Below, one piece after another: positions 12,245-24,483 of a DNA stretch of 64,000 nucleotides; the stretch's first letter is position 1; each line of letters opens with the position of its first letter. The translations under genes were made by a program, and so were the position numbers. This DNA is from Tubiluchus corallicola (Eukaryota; Animalia; Priapulida): NCBI GenBank assembly GCA_030141605.1, contig JAQGDQ010000537.1, forward strand, positions 62,001 through 126,000, given 5' to 3'. Below the pieces are notes generated by a model, which searched no databases, was not told the origin of the DNA, and worked only from the letters and a program-made list of their open reading frames with translations.

Positions 12245-12651
12245 ACTTACAGACTTGGTTTTTGCCATAAGTGTCGCCTTTCCGTTAATCGTTGGGAATT
12301 TTCCGTAATAGTACCAGGGTCAAGTCCCGATAATCCTGTCGGGTTTGTACTTTTGCTGGTTTTGAAAACAAGTTGTAGCACCAGGGTGAGTTGCGAGTTG
12401 TTAACACGCCGCTGGCCGGTAAGTCTGGAGGCACTGCCTCCTCGGGGACGAGACCACCACGCCCACAGGGTACTAGAGCTCCCTCGGTTAGCCGGGACGC
12501 GGCCCTTCGCCGCTGGCAGCAAGCCTGTCCGCCATGGTTGCACCTCAAGGGGTATAAAGCCCCAGACGGCATAGCCTTGCTACGGACCCGTTGCCACTCG
12601 CTACGCCCGATCGTAAAGATCTACGATGAGGCCAGGGAGTTGTGTTTGAGT
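12245..12651 (-). mobile_element. Non-autonomous RTE-derived retroposon (structured 5' leader, no long ORF)
   Basis: GC-rich island flanked by the direct repeat ATTTCTCATT (12235-12244 / 12652-12661); minus strand has GCTATGCCG...GGCGGACAGG and GTACTATTACGGAAAATTCCC, resembling RTE/BovB 5' UTRs; ends in CAAGTCTGTAAGT. Confidence 0.7.
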
Positions 12652-12746
12652 ATTTCTCATTCTTTTGCTGCAAGTCGCTCTGCTATATCAGTTAGAATGA
12701 CTTTCTGACTTTATCTGTTATTTATATAAGATTTTTAATACTTTAG

Positions 12747-12908
12747 AAAGCGTTTGGAAGCCGAGACAAGTGACAGCAATTATCAACAGCCGTGGAAAAA
12801 CAAAGAAAAGCATCGGGAAATGAAACAGTACCTAGCAGAGAAATTAGCAGGATCTCAAACCATTCCAGCTTTGCATAAAACTTTTGAGGAAAAGACCAAA
12901 AGGAACAA
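12747..12908 (+). CDS. FAM161A: FAM161A-like, exon 2
   Basis: TTTAG acceptor, (R)KRLEAET...EEKTKRN(K), GTATGT donor; phase 2/2. Confidence 0.85.
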
Positions 12909-13845
12909 GTATGTATTATTAAAGGAAAACTGGACGATTGATTAGACTCAATTTCATTTTAATTTACTGTCCAAAATATACATTTTCTTGCCTATAAAAG
13001 TTAGTAATTGTTCCTTATATTTGAATAATTGGCTTGGAAAGTTAATTAGGGCAACTGAACACAGCTATCACAAACTAATCACAATTTGTGCAATGGTAGG
13101 CATCTTGCCTGTGCATCAAGGATGTTTTTATAAGCAAAGATTGCTATCAGATGCTGTGTGATGTCACTTAAACGTCGCACTGATGTCACCACAGACGAAC
13201 ACTGCAGTTCATGATCATGCTTATCACGGTGCTGCGCCTATTTGTCGGCCACATGAATGTAACAAAAAGGCACCGCTGCCAGTTTTGGTGGATTCACTGA
13301 ACCGCACGTAGCTTTGAAAGTTTAACTAAACTTAGCTATCCAATGTAATTATTGTTTATTCTAAATTTTGATTTAAAAAAAGCTGTTGTAGTGTACATTA
13401 TTAGTAGTTTTCATTATTTTAGAGCATACTTTATTTTGAACTAATGTCTACACAGTCATCCGGTTTTCCTTTAACCAATGCAACAACAAGCTTTGCTGTT
13501 GTCAGACTACCATTTTCAACAACCCATAAGTCAAATAAAATTGAAAAATCAATTAAATTTTGGAGTTTTTACTACCTAGATATCACAGAAATGGATTTCT
13601 GAATGATTTTTAGTCACTGTAATTGTGATTGAAACGTAGAATAATTCAAACTTCATGACTTATGCTTGCTAATGTATTAGTGCATTGATTTGGAGTGGTC
13701 TTGTAGTACAGTGCTAGATCTCCAGTCCTTGTATCACGGTTGGCTACTAGCCTACACTTGCTACTGGTAGAAATTTCAACTCATCTCAGTGGAGAGAAAG
13801 TTCGGCAAAGCATAAATTTGTTGTCTTCAGTACAGTGATAGTTAA

Positions 13846-14472
13846 AGTAAACCCGGACCCAATCTTAAACTGTAGGTCAAAACAATCTACTCTTCAAAAC
13901 ATTGAAAGGAAACATACTATTTTTTTCAAAAATAACTTACGTGAAAGAATTATTGCCACACAACTACAAATTTCACGTTCGCGCCACTAGTTCTTCGCTG
14001 TCACATGCATTTCGCCATTCACTAGCTTGATGCGCACTAGCGGCTGCATTTCGGAAACGCATTGCACCAAAAATAGGTGCTGTATCTCTCAGTTAGTTCA
14101 GATGTGTTAGTTTGTGACGAAAACTACACACGTTCCACAGCTCATGCGTGAGTACAGTGGTAAATTTAAAATTTGAGTTTTTATCTTAAAACTTGCCTAG
14201 GTTTTGTACAACACACTGAATATCTTACAGTAGCACCATACTTCCATTTTCGCTTTTGCAAATGCGTGCAACAGGCTCGTGCAATATTTTTGCTGTTGAA
14301 AATTATGTTAGTCTGTGATGTCATCATTAGTTGGGTTCTCCCACAGTTAATTAAGTTTTCAATCTATTATTTAATTATCAGAAATGCTTCTGCGGTATTA
14401 ATTGAGTTAAAATGTATACTTTTTATCGGACTTGAAAATGGGGTAGCATATAAAAAATGATTCTGTCTTCTT
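13846..14472 (+). mobile_element. Kolobok-like MITE family 1
   Basis: TTAA at both ends; full-length alignment with the other copies. Confidence 0.85.
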
Positions 14473-14922
14473 TTAAGTGGGAAGACCACATTGAAAAGGT
14501 TACTGATAAGGCATATAAGCGAATTTTCATGGTCTATGTACTAAAAAGATGTGGAGCTTCTACATCAGACCTAGTTCGCGTCTATACAACTTTAAATAAA
14601 GTACAGACGTTAAACTCAGTGAAATTTATATAAGTTGGCATTAGCTTGCTCAAAAGTGCCACTTTTATCTACTGTTTTCACCAGTACCATTTACATTTTG
14701 AAATTCTGAGAGCATTTTTATTTATTAAGTTAATGTGGCACATCTTTTTATAGTGTTGACTTGATGTGTCTTCATGTGCTGATGATTTATAACTTTGTAT
14801 TTTGACATATTATTCTGTATGTATGCGTACACAGTGGCATTGTATATAAGAAATGTAAGTCTGATTGTGCTACTGTAAGATTCTGGTGTTTTCTGTGTTA
14901 TTTCAACTTTTGTTTTTTCTAG

Positions 14923-15022
14923 GGAATCTGAGTCAGCGCTTCTGAAAGAATATCAGAAACATTTAGAAGAAATGATGGAAAGAGTGCAAAGCAAACCTTT
15001 ACTGGTTGAGAGGCAAGCTCAG
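14923..15022 (+). CDS. FAM161A: FAM161A-like, exon 3
   Basis: Polypyrimidine tract plus AG; ESESALLKEYQKHLEEMMERVQSKPLLVERQAQ; GTAATG donor. Confidence 0.9.
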
Positions 15023-15625
15023 GTAATGTTAATTCAGTACGATTACTGCTTGGTTCGTTCCTTGCTAAAAAACCTCAACATTCACTTTCATACAGTCACT
15101 TGCGACAAGACCTAAATCTTAATTTAAACACCATAATTGGTTTTCTGTTCAGAGGTCATGGTTTTCACAACACAATGGCTGTTTTTCAACAGCAATTCAT
15201 TGTACTTTATCTTGCCTGGCATTATAATGGGGTTGATTTATTGTGTAAAATTGACTTTTGGCACAGCGGATAAGTTGGCGGATGGAGTTAGGCGAGGTTG
15301 GCGGTATTCCGTATATTCAATATATTATGGAAATTGTGGCAGGGCAAAAGTTGACTCTATGGTGAGGCTTATAACGGGGAGCAGTATAACAAGGTTCGGC
15401 TGTACATTGAGTCTGGTTTTAGATGAAAACTTCAGTACTTTGCTCAGTGAAGGTCATTTCATACATTATGCCTCTTTTCTAGTAGCACTCATTTGTCTGC
15501 TGCTCTTGTAGTCCTACCTGGATGTTTCCAGATGTAGAGAAGCTGCAGATGAAATGAAGTTTTCCACTCCAGGATCTTATCTAGACATCTTTTATTCTCT
15601 AATAACTTTGATTCCCTCTTTTCAG

Positions 15626-15946
15626 CTGTCGGCTAAGAAAGCCGCAGAGAAACGCTTTGCAGAGACGTTGCGCAATGCAGGAGTTCCGGAAATTGTCATT
15701 CAACAGCACTCCTTCTCTTCGACTCCGACGACGCACAAGAGCACTACAGACGAAGGGTTACTCGCATCAAGAGAAGAAGCCAATTCAGATGAAGATACAA
15801 TGCTAAGAGCAAAACATGTAAGCTATGTTAGCGATTACGATGATGATGTTGATGATGTTCGTGATGACAAGGAAGCTGATGAAAGCATTGGCAACGATGA
15901 CTACAGTACCGACGAAACAGATACTGAGGATTCCACAAGTGACTGA
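15626..15946 (+). CDS. FAM161A: FAM161A-like, exon 4 (acidic tail)
   Basis: TTTTCAG acceptor; LSAKKAAEKRFAETLRNAGV...; TGA stop. Confidence 0.85.
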   Translation: MSAKKAAEKRFAETLRNAGVPEIVIQQHSFSSTPTTHKSTTDEGLLASREEANSDEDTMLRAKHVSYVSDYDDDVDDVRDDKEADESIGNDDYSTDETDTEDSTSD

Positions 15947-16348
15947 TAATGCTACTGTGTAAAATTGAATTTCAATCGAATGTGGCTTCACAATAACACC
16001 ACAAGTGAGCAACTGATTATTTATCATAGGAAGCCAAGTCTTCAATCTAATGTATATGCATGTAGTTTTCAATTGATCAACTGCAGCGTAATTATTATAA
16101 CCTGATGTAATCATGATACTGCATTAAATTTTTTTACTATGACAACTTCATTCTTGGCTTTTATAAAAGACCAGTACTGGTCTTCTTTTGATGTGAATTT
16201 TCATGTAAATGTGTGTATAAGTTAGAAAATAGATGCTAGAGGTCAGTCTATTAAAACGATTTGATTGTCGTGTAGTAACCATGATTTTATATTTAGCAAC
16301 GGTGATGAATTCCTTGCAGAGTAAGAATTTCCTTTTCCCCTTTGTTAA

Positions 16349-16960
16349 AGGAAGACAGGATGATTTTTCATATACTACCGAATTTTCAAGTCCGATAAAA
16401 AGTAAACATTTTAACGCAATGTTTATTACAAAAGCAGTTTTGATACTCAAATAATAGATTAAAAACTTAATTAATGGCAGGCTAGCCCAACTATTGATGA
16501 CCCCCATCACAAACTAACATAATTTTCAATGGCAAAAATATTCCACGAGCGTGTTGCATGTGTATGTGAAAGCGAAAATTGAAGTACGGTGCTACTATAA
16601 GCTATTCAGTGTGTTGTACTAAAACTAGGCAAGTTTTAAGACAAAAATTCAAATTTAAAATTTACCGCTGTGCTCACGCATGAGCTGTCAAACGTGTGTA
16701 GTTCGTCACAAAGTAACACATCTAAATTTAGTGGTACAGCACCTGTTTTTTGTGCAATGTGTTAGCAAAATGCAGGCGCCAGTGTCCGTCTAACTAGCGA
16801 ATGGCAAAATGAGTGCAACAGTGAAGAACTAGTGAAATTGTGTTTGTGTGGTAATAATTCTTTCACTCAAGTCATTTTTGAAAAAATAGTATGTGTCCTT
16901 TCAGTATTTTAAAGAGTAGCTTGTTTTGACCTACAGTTTAACTTTGGGTCCGGTTTTGCT
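16349..16960 (-). mobile_element. Kolobok-like MITE family 1 (inverted copy)
   Basis: TTAA|AGGAAGACAGG ... CCGGTTTTGCT|TTAA. Confidence 0.9.
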
Positions 16961-17501
16961 TTAACTGTGTTTTACTTCTTATGGTGTAATTTTGATGTAC
17001 ATGAATTGGCTAGTTAAGCTAAAACTGTTTGTACATTTTATGCTTTTAGTGAAACCTTCAACGTTCACTTCAACGTTTATGAAAATAAAAGTTTCTTAAA
17101 TTAGCCAAAGTTCATTTTTTTAATTCAATTTCATTAATATAATTTTTGAAATGAGAATTTTTGTCTAGTAAAACTTTTGTTACTATCTTTCATTTTGTGG
17201 TACATTTATTATAAAAAAACTGACCAAAATAAAATACGTCAAATCTGTTATATGAAATGTTCTGTGCTTGATTAATTATCGTCGTCAAAAGCAGAAGTAA
17301 TCAAATTTTAAATGATGGTATTTGATGTTTCATTTGAAGTTGTTACTTAAAATTATTTTTTGCTTTTTATTGAAAATTGGATGTTGAAAACATATTGTTA
17401 AAAACGATAAAGTTAAAAATGTAGAAGAGACAAGCTTCTTTTTCTGATTGTAACAGCTAATGGGATCACATAATGCAAGAAAACTACCCTCAGTGCACTA
17501 A

Positions 17502-18219
17502 TTTCTTTAGGACCGCACCATTCAAAATAGATCTTATAAGAGCTATGACCTTTCTGCTACTGTATGAGCACAGACATAACTAAACGATTACAAATTCGGC
17601 ACTGTTCTATTCAGGAGAATATTGGCTATCCAATCGTGCTATTTGTTTAATTGGATAAATGATTTAGTTGAATAAAATTAAGAAAAACACTCCCTTTTCC
17701 AGCACTCCAACTTATCCTATTAAGTAGCTTGGTCTGGTGCACACTTGCATGATTGTACACACTATTTTATTGATTGCCTGCTTGGTACAGCCTAAGCTGT
17801 GCAATGTTCTGCTGCTGTTCCAGGAAAAACCAACTGTCCTTGGCAAATTAAGGTCGTTTCATCTGGTAACAGGAATTTCTCTTTAAAAAAGAGTAGACTT
17901 GAGGCCGAAGTGTATCAGAGCGTTGTGTTTGGATAGTTAAAATTTTCTGCATTAGCCGATTTCAAACGAGTGACACTGTACATTGTTACAGTGCAAACAC
18001 TACGGTTAGTGAAAGCTTTTTTCAATTTATTCGTCAAAAATCGATTTTTAATTTGTCTAATGTAAGGAAATGCATTTCACATACAATTTTGCATGAAAAT
18101 CCATTGTGTGATGAGTAGGAACATACAAGATTATCAAATATAACGTAAACACTGCATAGTGAGAGCAGTTTTTCATGAACCCATGCAAAATGCACCAAAA
18201 GCTTATAGTTCTGAAAAGG
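17502..18219. mobile_element. piggyBac-like MITE, copy 1
   Basis: Ends TTCTGAAAAGG|TTAA; inverted homolog at 26201-26940 ending CTTGAAAGAG|TTAA. Confidence 0.65.
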
Positions 18220-18529
18220 TTAAACAATACCACCACTTCCAGTAGGCCTGCAATTGCTGGCAGGTGTTTGCGGGGCGCATAAAATATTCATACCAAGTGA
18301 TACAGCAAAAGCCATTTATCATAAATATTTAATGACACGTGTAACAATAATTATTTGACACAGAACAATAGAATGTGAGTCATTACTGGCAATAATGGTA
18401 TAACAACTTGGAGAAAAAACATCCTTGCAGTATGTAACAACTCTGTGATAATCAGCTGTAGCTTCCAAAGTGCCTGGACATTAAATTAATTAATCCATAG
18501 ACTATAGTTACCCAAGTCTGACTCACAGA

Positions 18530-20426
18530 CAGGGGCGTATTAACCAATAGGCTAACTAGGATATAGCCTAGGGCGCCAAAGTGTGAGGGGCGTCACGTTT
18601 TAGAAAAAATTCTTATTCTTTTCGGAAAATGTGCATATTTCATATTCATGTAACTGGCGCATTTTATAACACACCACAGGCAGTTACTAAGCCACGCATT
18701 TATATAAGTGCAACATAACGAGCAAAACTGATACAAGGTATTACACAACGAGCTGAGCAGCCTGCTTTAATATAAAAACTGTGCATTTATATGTAATTAA
18801 TAATGACCACGTCGAAACTAGGTTAATAGTATTTTTAATACAGCACAAGCAACTATTTAATGCGCTCATGACATTCCTTACCTTAGACCTTAGTCCTTCC
18901 TGCGCATTGATGCACATTGGGCAGACAGCATTTTCCACTGAGTTCTATCGGCGGCTTCGTTCTCTACGTTTTCCCAACGTATGTTGACAGCTCGAAGGTC
19001 TTCTTTGAAGGATCTGCGCCACGTTGTTTTTGGCCGACCTCTTTTTCGTTTCCCACCAGGTGGTTCCCACTGTACTGCTGTTTTGGCGTAACGACTTTCT
19101 GATAGACGGAGAATATGTCCAGCCAGTTTCATTCTTCTCTCTGTAACTATATCTTGTAACCGCAATGACTGCGCTCGTTGAAGAACTTCTACATTGGTGA
19201 CATGGTCGCGGTAGGAGATTTTTAGTATCTTTCGAAGGCATTTTTGGTGGAAGACGTTCAGTTTCTTTGATAACTCCGCTGTGACTTTCCAGGTTTCGCT
19301 GGCATAGAGAGCCGTTGGCAGCACAATGGCGTTGTACAGACGAAGTTTGATTTTCATGTCAATTTTCTTGCTTGTCCAGATTTTTCCCATCTTCCTAAAT
19401 ACTGCTGTTGCTTTGCCGATTCTCCCCCTGATGTCATTTTCTGTACCTCCATTACAGGTCATCACACTGCCCAGATATGAAAAACTGGTAACGTTCTTAA
19501 CCATTTGGCCTCCCACTGTTATATGTACATCATTCTGTTGGTTTGTCCACACTTTCAAAACTTTGGTCTTTTCTTGACTAATTCTCAATCCAATTTTTCC
19601 TGCTACTTCTTCCATACTTGTGGTCAGTTGTTGCAGGCTTTCTTTTGATGTTTCCAGAAGAGCTATATCGTCAGCAAAGTCCAGATCTGCCAATCGTTGT
19701 TGTTGTTTCCATTGCATTCCTAGATCTTTACCATCAACCGCCTTCTTCATGATGAAATCAATCGTCAGTAGGAACAGGAATGGCGACATAATGCAACCCT
19801 GCTTAACTCCAGTTTCGATGGTGAAATACTCGGTGTTTCCCTCTTGTGTTCTTATACAACAGCCGCTGTTTTGGTAAAAGTTCTGGATGGTTGAAATGAA
19901 TTTCTGTGGGATACCATACAGAGAAGCAATTTTCCATAGAGACTGCCTGTGAACAGAGTCAAAAGCCTTCTTGAAATCAATAAAATTGATTAATAAGGGC
20001 TGTTGGAATTCCATACATTGCTCAATGATGTTTCTGAGAGTGAATATCTGTTCACAGCATGATCTTCCTTTTCTAAATCCAGCTTGTTGTTCTCTTAGTC
20101 TTATATCAACAGCATCTCTCAACCGATCTAGCAGCACTATACTCAGGACTTTTCCAGGTATTGACATCAGAGTTATTCCTCTCCAATTATTGCAATCTGT
20201 CAGGTTCCCTTTTTTAGGCAACTTCACGATGACTCCATTTCTCCAATCTTCGGGGACCTTTTGTTGTTCCCAGCAGCTGTTCAGGAGCTTTGTCATTGAT
20301 CGTGCTATCCCTTTATTACCGTGTTTCAGGAGCTCAGCTCATGACATTAGCAACCATAAATTCACAAGAGATGGGCGGGGACAAAACTATCAGCCTAAGG
20401 CGTCAGAAAGTCTTGATACGCCCCTG
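18530..20426. mobile_element. hAT-like MITE interrupted by an RTE LINE
   Basis: CAGGGGCGTAT ... ATACGCCCCTG termini; an uninterrupted relative lies at 21194-21616. Confidence 0.8.
18876..20336 (-). mobile_element. RTE-clade non-LTR retrotransposon, 5'-truncated, intact RT ORF (18890-20296)
   Basis: RT motifs PKKG..NWRGITL, QAGFRKGRSC, FIDFKKAFDS, GVKQG, FADD, YLGS and RTE C-terminal RKRGRPKTTW; very short TAAGG-repeat tail; perfect 12-bp TSD GCTCATGACATT (18864-18875 / 20337-20348). Confidence 0.95.
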
Positions 20427-20429
20427 CCT

Positions 20430-20980
20430 AAAGATGTTTATGGTACTGCGGAAATTGTGCGAGAGCCAATTGTATTATTAGGAGGTACAAAAACTGTTCT
20501 GTTAATGTTAGGAGAAGACTTTTTGTAGCATTTTGTACACAGTTTCATTGCAACAGTCTCTGGTTAATAATGATAAAGGAAATATTGAAAGAATGCGCAT
20601 TACTTATAATAATGCCATTAGAGGACTCTTTAATCTTCCTAGTCACTGTAGTGCAAGTCAAATGTGTGTTAGCTACAATGTACCAAGTTTTTCCTGCATA
20701 CGTACGAAAGCTGCGTTTAGTCTCAAAAGTAGTCTGTTTTTGAGTCAATATTATTAAGAACTTGCTGTACAATACTGATACAGTTTTTAGTTCAAACATT
20801 TTGAAGACGTGGCAAAGAATTTTATTTACCCATTCTAACTAACTCTTTCCTGCATATAAGCTTACTATGTTTCTGTAAACTAACTCTATGTTTTTACTTG
20901 TGCCTTATTTTTATTGTTCTAAGGACTGTAGGAATAATTTAAATAAATAAATAAATAAGTAATAATAATAATAATAATAA
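20430..20980 (+). mobile_element. Degenerate LINE 3' end (L2/Crack-like) with (AATA)n/(AAT)n tail
   Basis: RANCIIRRYKNCSVNV..RLF.AFCT..., RITYNNAIR.LF.LP..CSASQM; same type as 52600-53760. Confidence 0.7.
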
Positions 20981-21193
20981 ACACAGACAGAAAGGTTTTT
21001 AGTATTATAATAATGAACAACTAAATTTATGAAGCTTGCCACAGCATTGGCAGTGTATGCTGTACCTACAGTATTGATCTGCATGGTAATTATACTTGGG
21101 TAATCTAGTTATGCATTCGTAATATGAAATATGAGAAGGTGCCCAGCATGTGAACAGTTCTTTCACTCTGGGTGTAGGCAAATCACTCCAATG

Positions 21194-21616
21194 CAGGGGT
21201 GTATTAGCCAATAGGGTAACTAGGCTATAGGCTATGGTGCCAAAGTTTGAGGGCGCCACATTTTAGGTGCGCAATTTTAAAAAAATTCTTGTTCTCTTCG
21301 GAAAATGTTTATCCATTCATATTCATGTAAAACAAGCATTGTATAATACACTACAGGCAGTTACTGACACAAGTGCCTCATAATAAACAAGTACAAGGTA
21401 CAACACAACAAACAATTGTACTGACTATTTGTATATAAGCACAGTTCATATACATGTAATTAACAATGACCATGTAAAAAGTAGGTTAATAGTATTACTA
21501 ATACACCACAAGTAATTGTTTAATCTGTTCAGTACATAACCAATCATAAATTCACAATAGAATGGGTGGGGCAGATCTATCAGCCTAGGGCGTCGTGAAG
21601 TGTTCATATGCGCTTG
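21194..21616. mobile_element. hAT-like MITE
   Basis: 8-bp TSD CTCCAATG / CTCTAATG; homologous to the flanks of the RTE at 18530-20426. Confidence 0.8.
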
Positions 21617-21838
21617 CTCTAATGCACTTATATTGTACGTGTGTATGTCAGTAATAAAATGCATTTCGTGTTGCAATCTATATGCAATTTTATTACAAAT
21701 TCACAGAAAGAAAATTTGAGCTCAACAAAACAAAATCAGATTTCTAAATAATTGTATATACTAATTATAAGTACATCATTAACTATTATAAGTATTACAG
21801 CAGTGTTAAATAACACAGGCAATCTAACAGTAAATGAA

Positions 21839-22293
21839 CAGTGGCGGCTCGTAGCTAAAATTGCTGGGCTGCTGTTTCAGGAAACGAAACAAACATATGC
21901 AATTTTAATGTTGTAATTTGTAATTGTAATTTTAAACAAAAAAAATACGAAAATTTATACATAAACTTGAAAAAATCCTAAACCAAAAAATTATTGCTTA
22001 CGAATAGCATAAACTGCCGCAGGTGAAGAACATGCTGCTACACGGTTTTTAAGCATGTGACAACTGACGACAAACTGTGTGAGTGACAAAACTTTCTCTG
22101 CCTAGTAGCAGACGCTAGCAATGCAGCGTACAGCGTGTGCACAACAACCAAACACACCACTGTGAAGCAAACAGTACTACCCTCAAGTGCTCTGGACTCT
22201 AAGAATTATAGAAAAAAGTGAACGTTATCGATAATATTGAGTGAAAATAGGGGGTGCTGCAGTACCACGGTGCCCATACACAAGCCGCCACTG
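21839..22293. mobile_element. hAT-like MITE (CAGTGGCGGCTCGT family)
   Basis: CAGTGGCGGCT ... AGCCGCCACTG; other copies at 28725, 29854 and ~38856. Confidence 0.85.
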
Positions 22294-22836
22294 AGGAAAT
22301 GCGAGTTCTAATGACGATTAACGAATTGGTAAAAAATATTTGTCATTTTGTGCCAATTACTGCACTCTTTTTAATTCACAAAATTTCATTTTACACATAA
22401 ACAATCCACATGGCAATTTAGCATAGCTTGCACCTATATACACATTACATGAGTGAACTTTAAGAGAGGGTATGTGAAATCTAGTGCTCCAAGATTCGGA
22501 TTACACATTGCACAAGAAGGCTATCAGAAAATCTGGTAAAAACTAAATTTATCCCAAATCTAGTTAACTATGTGCAACTAGAAAACTGTCACATAAAATT
22601 GTTTTTGCAAGCTTTTAAAGCTGCGATGAACTGTAATCATGAAATAGATTTAAAAATTTATGAAAACATTAAAATGATGTAATCAATGGGGAAACATCAC
22701 TAGTGTCCGCTGTTCAGCAAACCAACTTTTCTGATTTAAGTAAAAGTAGGTTGTTAAACCTAGTAAAATCACACTTGATTTCAATATCCTTGCATTTGCA
22801 ACAATGAATTTCTCTATGTTCTGATCACATTCCGTA

Positions 22837-22953
22837 TCATGAAGCCATGTTTTCAGAAACCACATGTTGCTTGTTAAAGTCCTGAATGCACTGTTGGAAA
22901 TTTTTCACTTCATTTTGACACTTTCGCCAGTCCTTGTGTTCTATCATGCAATC
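22837..22953 (-). CDS. COA4: COA4/CHCHD8 cytochrome c oxidase assembly factor, exon 2
   Basis: DCMIEHKDWRKCQNEVKNFQQCIQDFNKQHVVSENMAS*; completes the twin CX9C motif; TTTAG acceptor. Confidence 0.93.
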   Translation of the reverse strand, partial: DCMIEHKDWRKCQNEVKNFQQCIQDFNKQHVVSENMAS

Positions 22954-23031
22954 CTAAACAACCACATTCAAATTATAACAACCATTATGTTTTAAATATC
23001 AATCAAAATTAATTCTTTCATTCTGGTCGTT

Positions 23032-23659
23032 CTTAAGCTAGGACTTCATGTGCAAGTAATGCATGATCTGTGATCCGTAAACATAATCGGTGATCTGCGA
23101 TGCATAATTACTGTCTCCATGTGTCTGTAAATGCTAAACGTATTAACAAAGCCCACGGCGGTTTTTCTGCCATTTTTGGTCGTTATTCGTGAAAATTGCA
23201 AGCAATAATTTTTGGAAGCCGTGCTCTGTCGAAATTTAACTGTGATAATTACAGCTGCAGCATTAGCTTATTATTGTACTATTAGACAAAAAAATTCAAA
23301 AGAAAGCACAGGTTTTGTGTGCACAACATTTTGCAGGGAAGAGAACAATATGGCATCATCACCTAGTGAAAAAACAGCAGTTAGATGCACAACACATAAC
23401 TACATGCTTCTTCCACCTCTCAAAAATAGACAAAATATTATTGTTTATAGGTCCTAAAGTGACCAAAACTCACCTAACTAAAATTTTCAGAAAGCTAAAC
23501 AGCGAAAAAGGTCACCGGACCCTTCAAAACTCGCTATAATCACTAGACAACGGCTGTTTCGGGTCATGCGTGTTGCTGCATGATGCGTATTCGGATGATA
23601 GTGATCACGTTTGAATGAATACAGATCATCACGCATTACGTACACATGGAATCGAACCT
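23032..23659. mobile_element. TTAA-type MITE in the COA4 intron
   Basis: Imperfect inverted ends (GCTAGGACTTCATG / CATGGAATCGAACC); internally shorter copy at 33865-34204. Confidence 0.6.
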
Positions 23660-24345
23660 TTAGATGCAGGAACTGCCAATTTTAAATTGAGTTTTTCTTT
23701 TGAGCTTCTTACCTGCGGAATTTTTTATCACGAGCAAATTTTTTATATGTTAGCTACAAAGACGTTGCTTAAACGCGAACTTGCCAATGATTACACGAAG
23801 TATGATGTCTGTTGTTACAGACACTTTCTAGCTTTTGGCCCTTTGCTCAAGCAATTACGGGCCTTGTTTCATGTGACTTATATAAAATGAACAATATCAG
23901 CAGTGGCAATAATGATGATGATCGCAATAGCAGCAGCAGCAGCAACAGTATAAATCCGTAATCCACAAAGAACTAGCGTGGATTATGTCATGAGTTCAGA
24001 ATCGCTTGCGAGCACTACCACTCAAGCGACTCGTGAGGATTACCACTAATATATTATCCCCCACACATTAAAAATTAGTTCGTGAAGCAGATTAGGATTA
24101 GAGCCGGCTTTAGGGCTAGGGTATATTCAAATTGTGTGAGGAATTATAAACTCCTTCTGTTTAAAAATGCAACAAGAGTGGGGCATTTAATGCCAGCTAT
24201 CAGTAAGCGTCGCTAAACCCTTTAATGGTATAATTTTGATATTACCCTCAGGACCTAATAGTATGGTATACCAGTAATTATTACAACCTACAGTAAGCCT
24301 TGTAACGCTTGCTTTCACAACGCAGTGAAACATGAACACACGCAC

Positions 24346-24483
24346 CTGTACAGCATAATGATATTTCGCACACCCCGTCTTTTGTATCATTTTCTCCAGC
24401 GGATCTTCTTCCTCATCATTATCAATTTTTGTTAGAATTTGTTGCGAACCCTTACGATCATGACCTTTCAAGGGAGCAGACAT
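24346..24483 (-). CDS. COA4: COA4, coding exon 1
   Basis: MSAPLKGHDR...DEEEDPLEKMIQKTGCAKYHYAVQ|GTGCGT; matches the COA4 signature EEEDPL..I...GC...H.AVQ. Confidence 0.93.

Noticed and set aside
12245-12651. Intronic RNase P/MRP, telomerase or 7SK RNA
   Set aside because: No telomeric template (TAACCC) on either strand; the AAGTCTGG/CCAGAC pairing lacks the other conserved regions; the TSD and RTE-like motifs explain it better.
13690-13755. Possible tRNA or tRNA-derived SINE head
   Set aside because: A/B boxes are too degenerate and no cloverleaf can be drawn.
15944-15949. TGA stop as possible selenocysteine or readthrough (also in TMEM258)
   Set aside because: Immediately followed by in-frame TAA, no SECIS seen, and TMEM258 ends at its usual family terminus.
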